A stretch of DNA of 24,000 bases from Chamaesiphon sp. VAR_4_metabat_408 (GCA_031422115.1 JANOPX010000103.1:53222-77221); one strand, 5' to 3'. Positions 9,022 to 18,102 are shown, counted from the stretch's first letter. The notes: generated from the letters alone by a model not told the origin. Program-made: numbers and translations.

Positions 9022-11494
9022 TAAATTTGAACATCTGCCATTTAATCGAATCGAAGGCTCATTACCTCGAAGATCTCATGGTGGTGGCAGTGGTGGAGAG
9101 AAGAGAACAGACAGAAGAAGTCAAGGGATACAAATTATTTCACAAATTGGTGAAATCAAAAAAATTGTCCAAGAACAACATAGTAAATTTTCATTAGATC
9201 CAAAACTCATTTTCAAAATTAGGTTGTCTGACAAAAGAAACTTAACAGATGATGATTTAGGAAAATCAGGATTATCGGTTTTAGAAAAGCAGCCAAAAGC
9301 AAATCAAGCAATTGTTGTATTCTCTACAGATCTTGAACTCACTGAATTCACCAATAGGCTAGAGCAGTATAGTGGACTTAAACCTGGATCTGAATATGGT
9401 TATTTGGACGCGATCGAAAGTATTTGTCCACTTGAAGCTGAAGATCGTATAGGTAGATTATTAGAATTGCAACCTTTAGAATTAGAGGAAGTAGCTCTTC
9501 TGGATCTTGAACTGTGGCACACAGGAGATCGGAATGAGATGTCAAAATATCTCAGTGATATTGAGGAGGTATTAAAAAGTATCTCTAATAATCAATCCAC
9601 CTTTAAAATAACAGACAAGTACATTGGTAATTACCTTTGCTTGGCTAGAATTAAGATCGATCGAGAAGTTCTGGATCTATTATTAGAAGAATTTATTGTC
9701 AAAGAAATTAACCGTCGTCCTCATCCGGCTTTTGAGAGTAGATCTGAATATAATCCACCTTTATCTTCATTACCAGATCCAGTCCCTCCCGATCCTAATA
9801 GTTGTGGTATTGTCGTTGTTGATTCTGGTATTCAACCTGGACATCCTTTGCTATCCTCTACTATTGGTGAAGCGGAAGTCTTTTTAAGTAATAGTCAAAA
9901 AGCAACAGGTGGAGAAATCGATCGTTCTGGTCACGGTACTGGTGTTTCTGGCATTGCTGCTTATGGAGATATAGAGAAATGTATCCTTTCTAAGGAATTT
10001 AGATCTTCGGCTAGTATATTTTCTGCAAGAATTTTGGATGATAAAGATGAATATGATGAATATTTATTATTAGAGAATCAACTAGAAGAGGTCGTAAATT
10101 ATTTTACAAAAAATTACCCGAAAATATGCCATGTTTTTAATTTATCTATAGGCAATTGTGATTCAATTTACAATTCAGGCGATAAGCAATTTAGATTAGC
10201 AGCTAAACTCGATGAAATAGCTTATCGATATCAAGATTACGATCTTGTTTTTGTTGTATCAGCAGGAAATGCAAAACCATTCTCCTCAGAGGAAGGAGAG
10301 CGTTATCTTACAGATTATCCTAAATATATTCTCGATTCAAAGTCACGAATAATAGATCCAGCCACATCTGCAATTGCAATTACTGTAGGATCGTTATCTC
10401 TTGGTCGAGGTAGTATAAATAATCCCAATGATGCACAAGTCAATTCGGTTGCAAAAATCAGAGGATATCCATCTCCATTCACCAGAACTGGCTTTGGTGT
10501 CGATGGGATGATCAAACCAGATGTTGTTGCCTATGGTGGTGATTTTGTTATTGACGGAAATCGTATTATGGGTGATGTAAATGCAGCCGTTTCTGTTATT
10601 ACATTGAGTTTGTCTAATATAAGCGGAAAACTCTTTACGATATCTAGTGGTACAAGTCTTGCTGCTCCTTATATATCAAACTTAGCAGCACAATTATTTA
10701 ACAAATATCCTAAAGCATCATCGAATTTAATTCGAGCATTAATAGCCAATTCTGCAAGTTTACCATCACAAATACCAAATGAATTTCAGATAGGATCTGG
10801 ATTGTCTGAAAAAGACAAGACAGCGCAAATGGCTAAACGACTTTCTGTTTATGGATATGGGCAACCTAATCTAGAAAGAGCTATGTATTCAATGGAGAAT
10901 GACGTAGTGCTAGTATGCGATCGTGTGGAAATGGAAATTGGTAATTTTCATGTCTATGAAATACCTGCTTTACCTCCTGAGTTTTTAAAAAATAAGGGTG
11001 AAAGGACTTTATCAATCACTATGGCATTCGATCCACCAACTCGTCATACTCGTGGAGATTCTTATTTAGGTGTGACAATGGGATTTAGTCTTTTCAAAGG
11101 TGTTGATATTGAAGATGTATTGAACAGTTTTGTTGATGCAAAAAAAGCTAAAGAGAATGGGATAGAAGATGACTTTCAGGAGCTTTCAATAGATAATCTA
11201 AAGCAAAGGTGTGGCTCTACTTGCCAGCTAGATTTAAAGCCAGGATCTAGTATAAGAAAAAAAGGAACTCTTCAACGTGGTCAGCTCAAAATCTCAGATA
11301 AAGCAACTAAGTTCGATCTGCCTTTTTATTTAGTTGTAATTTCAAATCGAAAATGGGCAAGACAAGAAGAAATTAAGTTGCAACGATACTCTTTAGTCAT
11401 TTCACTTACACACACAAATGAAGAGGTGAAAGTCTATCATCAGATTCAAACAAAAATTCAGGAACGTTCCAGACAGAAACTTCGGATCAGATAA
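9014..11494 (+). CDS. ietS: Subtilisin-like (S8) serine protease, IetS-like component
   Basis: 826 aa; complete catalytic triad context: VVVDSGIQPGHPL (Asp), RSGHGTGVSGIAAYG (His), ISSGTSLAAPYISNLAA (Ser). Operonic with the AAA+ ATPase. Confidence 0.78.
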   Translation: MNNKFEHLPFNRIEGSLPRRSHGGGSGGEKRTDRRSQGIQIISQIGEIKKIVQEQHSKFSLDPKLIFKIRLSDKRNLTDDDLGKSGLSVLEKQPKANQAIVVFSTDLELTEFTNRLEQYSGLKPGSEYGYLDAIESICPLEAEDRIGRLLELQPLELEEVALLDLELWHTGDRNEMSKYLSDIEEVLKSISNNQSTFKITDKYIGNYLCLARIKIDREVLDLLLEEFIVKEINRRPHPAFESRSEYNPPLSSLPDPVPPDPNSCGIVVVDSGIQPGHPLLSSTIGEAEVFLSNSQKATGGEIDRSGHGTGVSGIAAYGDIEKCILSKEFRSSASIFSARILDDKDEYDEYLLLENQLEEVVNYFTKNYPKICHVFNLSIGNCDSIYNSGDKQFRLAAKLDEIAYRYQDYDLVFVVSAGNAKPFSSEEGERYLTDYPKYILDSKSRIIDPATSAIAITVGSLSLGRGSINNPNDAQVNSVAKIRGYPSPFTRTGFGVDGMIKPDVVAYGGDFVIDGNRIMGDVNAAVSVITLSLSNISGKLFTISSGTSLAAPYISNLAAQLFNKYPKASSNLIRALIANSASLPSQIPNEFQIGSGLSEKDKTAQMAKRLSVYGYGQPNLERAMYSMENDVVLVCDRVEMEIGNFHVYEIPALPPEFLKNKGERTLSITMAFDPPTRHTRGDSYLGVTMGFSLFKGVDIEDVLNSFVDAKKAKENGIEDDFQELSIDNLKQRCGSTCQLDLKPGSSIRKKGTLQRGQLKISDKATKFDLPFYLVVISNRKWARQEEIKLQRYSLVISLTHTNEEVKVYHQIQTKIQERSRQKLRIR

Positions 11495-11542
11495 ATATAG
11501 AGACTCAATTATCCCCTCAACTAACGATCGTGCCGTTACCCC

Positions 11543-11776
11543 ATGCAAATAACTATTAACCTAGATGAATCCTTGCTAGCAGAAGCTCTGCAACTCACCA
11601 AATTCACCACCCATGAAGAACTAGTGAACTTAGCTCTGCAAGAACTCGTGCGTTCACGAAGTGGCTCCTTGGGAGCATCGCGTCGCAAGAAAAATCTCCT
11701 CGACCTTGCAGGACAGATTCAACTTACAGATGACTTCGACACAATCCCAAAACTCTCCAAGATTACAACTAATTAA
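11543..11776 (+). CDS. VapB-family (type II) antitoxin, apparently without an adjacent toxin
   Basis: 77 aa; MQITINLDESLLAEALQLTKFTTHEELVNLALQELVR...KKNLLDLAGQI. No PIN toxin ORF follows. Confidence 0.75.
   Translation: MQITINLDESLLAEALQLTKFTTHEELVNLALQELVRSRSGSLGASRRKKNLLDLAGQIQLTDDFDTIPKLSKITTN
11654..11680 (+). repeat. Putative small palindromic insertion (27 nt) inside the VapB-like gene
   Basis: tcacgaagtgGCTCCttgGGAGCatcg contains a 5-bp stem and encodes an extra SRSGSLGAS exactly between ELVR and RRKKN, which reads through normally without it. Confidence 0.45.
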
Positions 11777-12149
11777 ACATAAGCATAAAATATAACCCAC
11801 ATTCCGCACTTCAATTTTTACAAAAAGCAATCCATAGCTAAAATCAACTGAGAAGTATATTGTTGATATTGTAAATATCAACAATAAGAGTAAAATGAGT
11901 ATGACAATTTTCTAGTCTTTGCCGAGCTTTAAGAACTAATTGGTCTGAGATATTTAATAATGGTTGTGAGAACAAAGCTTTTTAATACATTATAACTAAA
12001 TTTAAGTGGCTGAATAGTATTGCTGACAAGCTCCAGGTAAAAACTCCAGAAATGGCATCGATTTAGGAGTAGTCACAATCTGGCTACATGAATCAGTAGA
12101 CAAACAATTTAGATTCATCACACTAATTCCAGATTAAGAGGATAAACTC

Positions 12150-12365
12150 ATGAAGCCCAAGCTATTTGAAGAAGTTATTATAAATCGCGATTTCCCGGAA
12201 TATAATATCGACAAGGGAGATATTGCAGTATTAAATGACTTTGTTACCGATCCTTTGGGGGAACAAGGCTGTGTATTGGAAATTTATACGGCGATGGGTG
12301 CTTTTGTAACGGTAGTAAGTTTACCTGTGACAAGTATAGAGACTTTGCAACCAACAGATAGATGA
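12150..12365 (+). CDS. DUF4926-like small protein (often TA/accessory-associated)
   Basis: 71 aa; LFEEVIINRDFPEYNIDKGDIAVLNDFV...EQGCVLEIYTAMGAFVTVVSLPVTSIETL resembles the DUF4926 pattern. Confidence 0.6.
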   Translation: MKPKLFEEVIINRDFPEYNIDKGDIAVLNDFVTDPLGEQGCVLEIYTAMGAFVTVVSLPVTSIETLQPTDR

Positions 12366-12446
12366 TCGGTGAGAAGTTGTGTGAATGTTTAGAGATTACG
12401 GATGAAGATTTTAAAATTGCTGAGTTTCAGGGAGATTTAAAGTAAG

Positions 12447-12725
12447 ATGGATATTCAAAAAACCTTGGGCGATTCTCTATCCGATACGCTGCTAGCTCGC
12501 CAGATTGTGCATAGCGATCCAGATATTATGTCAGGTATACCAGTATTTATAGGTACCCGTGTACCGCTTCAAACTCTGTTCGATTATCTTGAAAGTGAAG
12601 AGGGTTTGAACGAATTTTCAGAGGATTTTCCACATCTAAAAATATCTGCGATTCAAGTTTTGGAAGCTATCGCTCGAATCATGCTCTATCAAGGCGAAAT
12701 TCTTAATGCTCATTCTATTGGATGA
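12447..12725 (+). CDS. DUF433-family antitoxin
   Basis: 92 aa; LARQIVHSDPDIMSGIPVFIGTRVPLQTLFDYLESEEGLNEFSEDFPHL is the DUF433 signature. Overlaps the downstream DUF5615 gene by 20 nt. Confidence 0.88.
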   Translation: MDIQKTLGDSLSDTLLARQIVHSDPDIMSGIPVFIGTRVPLQTLFDYLESEEGLNEFSEDFPHLKISAIQVLEAIARIMLYQGEILNAHSIG

Positions 12726-13065
12726 AAATCTTCTAAGTCGAAAACTTAAACAGCCGATTGTTGATGCTGGCTATACTGTTCATAATGTTGATAATATGGG
12801 ATGGCGTGGAACAAAGGATCGAGATCTATTAGCTTTAGCAGATGCTCATCCCTTTGATGTTTTTATCACTGCTGACAAAAATTTACCTTACCAACAAAGT
12901 ATTAGTACTTACCAACTGAGAATTGTTGTCCTAAACACTAAAACTACTAAACCTGACTATCTTGTACCTCTAATAGAGCAAGCTTGTTTGATAATTCCTA
13001 CGCTTGCGGCTGGATCGGTTACACTCATCAATGACGATCGACAAGTTATGTCATTTCAGCCATAG
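12706..13065 (+). CDS. DUF5615 PIN-like toxin
   Basis: 119 aa; MLILLDENLLSRKLKQPIVDAGYTVHNVDNMGWRGTKDRDLLALADAHPFDVFITADKNLPYQQ; typical partner of DUF433. Confidence 0.88.
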   Translation: MLILLDENLLSRKLKQPIVDAGYTVHNVDNMGWRGTKDRDLLALADAHPFDVFITADKNLPYQQSISTYQLRIVVLNTKTTKPDYLVPLIEQACLIIPTLAAGSVTLINDDRQVMSFQP

Positions 13066-13140
13066 AATTTAAGATAAATGAACGGCTCTCCTTCGCCTAA
13101 GTGGAAGAGAGCCGTACTTAAACAACATACAACCTAAAGC

Positions 13141-14565
13141 TTAACAATCAGTATATGCTCTTGCCTCTACTTCTATTGCGATAATCTCGGATCGCCATCG
13201 AGCTAAACCTCTCTCTCGATCGAGTTCTTTATAAGATTCTGGTTTTCGAGCAGGTGGAATTCCTGGATTGAGAAAAATACCTTTGCTAAATAGCAACTGC
13301 TCGTAATAATATTGCCAAAGATACTTATGGTCGTGAACTTCACCTCCAAGACGGCGAAGACACTTAACAGATAGTTTGTGAGAACCAAAAAGTTGTTGCT
13401 CGATTTCATTATTACGGGCGAACAAACGTATTTCACTACCCTTGCCACGAAAAAACTCGACAACAAAATAACTCCCAAAATCAAAAATGCAAACTTCCGT
13501 AGCTTCGCTACCATCACGTTTGAGAATTTCTATATCGGCTATAAAACCATCACCGCATAAATCGATCGAGTCCTGCGGTACTAAAATCCGAATACGTTGA
13601 AATCTATTAGTGTACTTAGCCCAAAATTCCCGACGTTGTTTTAATCGGTTTTCATCCCAAGAATCAATCCGCAAAACTTCCAGTAGCGTGTCTATTAGAT
13701 TTGCAAAGTCATTATAGTTAACAGAACCAATCCAATCGCGCAAAGCTTGTTTTGCATTTTCAGAAAGCCGATGCCAGAGATCGCCTGTTGTCCTTGGTCC
13801 ATAGGATCTCTGTAACCATTCTACCAATGGAGTTAAAGTACCACCTAATGCTTTTGTTTTCTTCTCGGTGAGAATGTAATCCACCGCTTTTAGTTGTTGC
13901 TCCACCATCATTTTGTCTAAGCACTTTATTAGCCAGTCAACTTGCTCGATAGTTGGATTTTGGCAAAATATAGTAGCTACATATTCCAAAGCATCGATCG
14001 TAATCGCCATCTCAGATGGCAGTTGAGCCTTTTCGAGTAGCTGCTGTGGTGTTAATAAATGTGCATAAGCAATTTTTGCTAGCTTAGAAGCAGGTTGATT
14101 TCCACTTATTGCTTGAATAATAGATCCAAACAGGGGTTTTATTTTCTGAATTTGCTGCAAAAATTCGGCAAGGCACTCTACTAAACTAAGAGCTAAAACT
14201 TGCTGATAATTACCATAATGTAAAGCCAATTGCCAACACAGGATTTGGCGTAGCCATGAATCGGACATTGCTAGTTGCCAAATTGTTCTAGATGTAGACA
14301 CCGATTGATTTAGATGTTCTCGATCCCATTCTTCTTTCGTGTGAATCAGATAAACCCATTCTAATGCACTCACAGAGTCAGCTCGATCGCTTTCAATATC
14401 TATGATAATTTCATCAATACTTCGAGCTTGAAATGGCTCAATATTTAGCAACTTACTTAACTCTGTAAAATCATCACTACCAAGTTTTTCAGCTAATTCG
14501 AGCAGTTGACTCGACGGGTACTGTCTTTTCTTGGAGAAATCAAATAAAAAAGATGGGAATTTCAT
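13141..14565 (-). CDS. zorC: EH_Signature domain protein, ZorC-like component of a Zorya-type anti-phage system
   Basis: 474 aa; ...LQRSYGPRTTGDLWHRLSENAKQALRDWIGSVNYNDFANLIDTL...RREFWAKYTNRFQRIRILV resembles EH_Signature proteins. Starts 2 nt after the ZorB-like gene, in zorA-zorB-zorC order. Confidence 0.75.
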   Translation of the reverse strand: MKFPSFLFDFSKKRQYPSSQLLELAEKLGSDDFTELSKLLNIEPFQARSIDEIIIDIESDRADSVSALEWVYLIHTKEEWDREHLNQSVSTSRTIWQLAMSDSWLRQILCWQLALHYGNYQQVLALSLVECLAEFLQQIQKIKPLFGSIIQAISGNQPASKLAKIAYAHLLTPQQLLEKAQLPSEMAITIDALEYVATIFCQNPTIEQVDWLIKCLDKMMVEQQLKAVDYILTEKKTKALGGTLTPLVEWLQRSYGPRTTGDLWHRLSENAKQALRDWIGSVNYNDFANLIDTLLEVLRIDSWDENRLKQRREFWAKYTNRFQRIRILVPQDSIDLCGDGFIADIEILKRDGSEATEVCIFDFGSYFVVEFFRGKGSEIRLFARNNEIEQQLFGSHKLSVKCLRRLGGEVHDHKYLWQYYYEQLLFSKGIFLNPGIPPARKPESYKELDRERGLARWRSEIIAIEVEARAYTDC

Positions 14566-14567
14566 AC

Positions 14568-15245
14568 TTATTGCTTTAAATTACTCCCGTTATTTATAGC
14601 TAGATCGAGCTGTTCTCCTTTGAATTGAAAGCGGAACATTACTTTTCGATCCTTTTCATCTATTTTACTATTTGCCTCGATCGCACCTCTTCCTGCTGCT
14701 AAAATTTTAGTTTTCAGCAGTCTCTTTGTTGAAAATCTGATATCTTTAGATAGAATATACTTGGAAACTGAAAGAGATCGAAGCAAGCTTAATTCCAAGT
14801 TTTTATCTTCATCTCCTTCTGAGCTAGTGTGACCCTCAATTACTACTCGTGTGATTTGCTGGGCTATCTCTTTATTATTGGTGTCAAAAATTATTTCACT
14901 GTATTTAGGAATAAATTTATTAAGAAAAGTTTTACCCTCTGGCTTGAGAATGGAACTATTCTTATCAAATAAAATCCCATCTTTAATAGTGACATCTCCA
15001 TTCGCAGCATTAACCTCTGCTTTTATATCAGCAGCTTGTAACTCTTTTGTTAGTGTGTTGATGAAACTTTGCTTTTGCTTGCCAAGCTTTTCTTGAGACT
15101 CTTTGAGTTGAATTAAAGAAGTAACAAATAGCAGTAAAAATAGAAAAAACAAGCTTGACATCAAGTCACTGATGGACAAATAAATACTTGCAGTTTGTTC
15201 ATCATCACCTTCAGATTCTGGTTCGACAACATCATAATCTATCAT
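14568..15245 (-). CDS. zorB: MotB/OmpA-domain membrane protein, ZorB-like
   Basis: 225 aa; a single N-terminal TM carrying an Asp (SISDLMSSLFFLFLLLFVTSLIQL) and an OmpA/MotB-like C-terminus (ILFDKNSSILKPEGKTFLNKF...RVVIEGHTSSEGDEDKNLELSLLRSLSVSKYI). Confidence 0.82.
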   Translation of the reverse strand: MIDYDVVEPESEGDDEQTASIYLSISDLMSSLFFLFLLLFVTSLIQLKESQEKLGKQKQSFINTLTKELQAADIKAEVNAANGDVTIKDGILFDKNSSILKPEGKTFLNKFIPKYSEIIFDTNNKEIAQQITRVVIEGHTSSEGDEDKNLELSLLRSLSVSKYILSKDIRFSTKRLLKTKILAAGRGAIEANSKIDEKDRKVMFRFQFKGEQLDLAINNGSNLKQ

Positions 15246-15247
15246 GT

Positions 15248-17626
15248 TTAGTTATCTCCCTGCTCTTGACGACGGATCTTTTCAGTCGCAACTAAATAAT
15301 CGGCTGCTTTCAATAGTGTGTTGCATAGCTTGGCTGTAGAACTGTCAGCTTCTTCAAAAAACTTTTGCTCATGTACGATTGCTCGCTGAAAATATTCTGA
15401 TAGCTGCTCATTACCTATTCTGAGAGAGTCTTCATATCGAGTATTTAGACTTCGCTAAGAACGCTCTAAATTATTGATTTGTACTCCCATATCCTGTGAA
15501 AGTTCTTGCATCTGAGCAATCCGTGCCCCATCATGCAACCCGACAGTGTTCACTAACTTGCTCACAACTCCGGCTGTACGTTGAATTTTTTCTAAATTAT
15601 CATCTAATTGTTGAGATAGTTGTTTTCGTCTGTCTGCTTCTTCTTGGAAAGCTATCTGGAGTTCAATCACAACATCGGATAAACCTTGACGCTGTGTACC
15701 TAGAGTAGATTCTAATAAATTATTCTGCTCTTTAAAGAATTTATCTAGAGACTCTTGATAAGTTTCACGAAAATTATTTAACTCATCTTGCACTGTTTGA
15801 CTAGTATCTTGCAACATTCCATCGATATTTCCGAGCGTACCTAATAAACTATCCCTTGCCGTATCCATCAGGGTAGATGCTGTATCGCCTACTAATTTAA
15901 GCGTGTTGCTCTGTTGTTGAAAAGCTCTATCTGTATTTGATAGGATTGTATTCATCCGATCTTCAACATTCTGAAGCATTTGCTCTTGACTCGCAGTTTG
16001 CTTAGTGAGTGCTAATTCTAATTCAGTCCGAATATCTCTAAAGGTGTCGGCAGCTTGAGTAGTACTGTCAGAAAAAGCCTCTTGTTGAGCCTTCATACTA
16101 ATGATACTTTCCTCAACTCCTCGTTTAATTTCTGCTCCAACATTTTGAAGCATTTTTTCTTGGCTTTCAGTTTGGGTGGTGAGTGCTGATTCTAATTTAG
16201 TCTGAATACCTATAAAGGTGTTAGCTGCTTGAGTGGTACTATTAGAGAAAGCTTGTTGTTGAGCCTTCATACTAATGATACTTTCCTCAACTCCTCGTTT
16301 AATTTCTACGCCAACATTTTGGAGCATTTGCTCTTGGCTGGCAGTTTGGGTTGTGAGTGCCGCTTCTAATTCAGTCCGAATACCTGTAAAGGTTGTAGCT
16401 GCTTGAGTAGCACTGTCAGAGAAAGCCTGTCGTTGAGATTTCATACCTACGATACTTTCATCCACCCCTCGTTTAATTTCTTCACCTACTTCTTTTAGGA
16501 CATCTTTCGTTCCAGTCTGAAAGTCAACTAATGTATTGCCTAAATTATCTGCAAATCCTTCTAGCTGAGATAATGTTTTTCCTTGAAAATCTTGGATAGT
16601 AATAATTGATAAAGCTAAATCCTTCGATACACTACCCAGTTCATTCTTGAGGCTGATAACTGCTTCTGAAGCTTCTTTTGTTGAACTTGCACTTTCTTTT
16701 AACTGGGAGGATATAGGTACAATAAATTCATCTCTTAGTTTTAAAAGTATATCTTGACCTTGATCTACTTTAAATCCACGTAAGCTTTCTAACTCTTCAC
16801 TGATTTTAATAAAGATTGGGGCAAGAGCTTTTCCAACTTCAACACCAATAGATTTAGAGTCTAGGCTCTGCATCTTTTCCGCAGCATTTATTAATTCTAT
16901 TGATACATTTTTCTCAAATTGAGGTTTGTAATTAAGAATAGATAGTCTTCTTCTTAAATATTTTCTATATATATTTTGAGCATAAGTACTAAAAGCCAAA
17001 AATACGATAAAAAAAGCAGCACATCCTAAACCAAATAGTGACGACATAAATGCTGTTTTCATGCCACCTAGCAGTGTATCAACTCCCGCCTGAAGATTTC
17101 TGGGATCCAGGTGAGAAAGCGCGATCTGAATACCCCAAAAAGTACCCAGCAAACCCATTGCTGTTAATACAGATGGAATGAAATGTACCTCGCTGCGAGG
17201 AATTGAGCAAGATAGAGATTTTGTACATCTGAGAAAAATGGCTTCTTTATCTCTTATATCTTCTATAAATTCACTCTTTTGACGATCGGAATAATCATCA
17301 ATGGATATCCATACTCTTTGTAAGAATATCTCTATTTGCTTGTTTGGATGCGTGAATTTATGACTACAATTTGGATCGAGGTACTTTATTAGTGAATTTT
17401 CATAAGCAATTCGTTCTCTGGCAACATAAAGTTCTCGAAAAATTGCAAAAATAAATATTGCTATAGTAGTGATTGAAAAATAAGATCCACTAGATATAGT
17501 CCTGATTTTGATTAGTTGTTTTGAGTAAAGCGATCGAGTTCTGCTGATGATAGATGTTTTTGTGCAACTCTTACAGGTAAATGTTCTACATTCCAGCGAG
17601 TATCTATAGGTTCCCGCAGATGCAAA
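15248..17626 (-). pseudogene. zorA: ZorA-like MotA/ExbB-type membrane protein; open region interrupted by TAG at 15455-15457 and lacking a canonical start upstream of 17158
   Basis: The ORF track gives 15455-17158 (567 aa: MGLLGTFWGIQIALSHLD... plus a second TM). Same frame upstream: ...SYFSITTIAIFIFAIFRELYVARERIAYENSLIKYL...SEVHFIPSVLTA|MGLLGTF. Same frame downstream of the TAG: RSLNTRYEDSLRIGNEQLSEYFQRAIVHEQKFFEEADSSTAKLCNTLLKAADYLVATEKIRRQEQGDN*, stop at 15248-15250. 17626 is the stop-to-stop limit; the true start was not determined. Confidence 0.72.
15968..16489 (-). repeat. 174-bp (58-aa) tandem repeat, three units, in the coiled-coil tail of the ZorA-like protein
   Basis: Units V-G-[EVA]-E-I-K-R-G-V-[DE]-E-S-I...S-Q-E-[QK]-M-L-Q-N at 16316-16489, 16142-16315 and 15968-16141; exact 174-nt spacing. 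Confidence 0.9.
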
Positions 17627-17862
17627 CTATACAAAGGTTCATCCGATAATCGATCGTCAAGTGCTAAATAAACTTTTCCTAATGGTGCATAGTTGCGTAA
17701 TAGTCAAATCTGCTTGCAGGTTTTCAAATCGCGGAGGGATTGAGCTAATGGGGCGTTTTGTCGATCGTCGAATAGTTCGCACGCTTCCTTCCAAGCATGG
17801 TTGAGAGCGACGATTTCTGCCACTAGTTGCTCGATCGAGGGGTTAAGTAGATCTGTCATCAT
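17512..17862 (-). pseudogene. Small ORF (about 115 aa) immediately upstream of zorA, interrupted by one in-frame TGA (17704-17706)
   Basis: MMTDLLNPSIEQLVAEIVALNHAWKEACELFDDRQNAPLAQSLRDLKTCKQI*LLRNYAPLGKVYLALDDRLSDEPLYSLHLREPIDTRWNVEHLPVRVAQKHLSSAELDRFTQNN*; same frame on both sides of the TGA. Confidence 0.55.
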
Positions 17863-17979
17863 GTCTGTGATTCATGCAATCTTCAAAAATGTGAGCTATG
17901 TTGTTTTATAGTGCCCTCTGTTTAACAAAAATTACCTCCGATGTCGATCGAGATGTCAGTAGCAATGCACCCCGCGATC

Positions 17980-18102
17980 CATTCGTGTCAACTTAACGAT
18001 ATTGGCAACGAGATTACGTCATTACAGCCACTGTCACGATCGTCATTACTACGAGAGAATAAGGCTTTCAGCACTTATAATTTCCTTAAGTTGACACGAA
18101 TG
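17980..18102. mobile_element. 123-bp MITE-like non-autonomous element inserted in the uvrA fragment
   Basis: 17-bp perfect TIRs CATTCGTGTCAACTTAA ... TTAAGTTGACACGAATG, flanked by the 9-bp direct repeat CCCGCGATC (17971-17979 and 18103-18111). The intact uvrA copy has a single CCCGCGATC (7064-7072) at that site. No transposase ORF. Confidence 0.93.

Noticed and set aside
9696-9887. 63-aa out-of-frame ORF within the S8 protease gene
   Set aside because: Alternative frame of a strongly supported CDS.
13203-15096. Plus-strand ORFs antisense to the ZorC/ZorB-like genes, considered as hidden effectors
   Set aside because: Low-complexity hydrophobic translations with no domain signature; explained by the minus-strand genes.
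15455-17706. Recoding (pyrrolysine at TAG, selenocysteine at TGA) to rescue the interrupted ORFs
   Set aside because: No SECIS-like element or Pyl context seen, and two different stop codons in adjacent genes of a cassette that also lacks a start codon and ZorD fit decay better.
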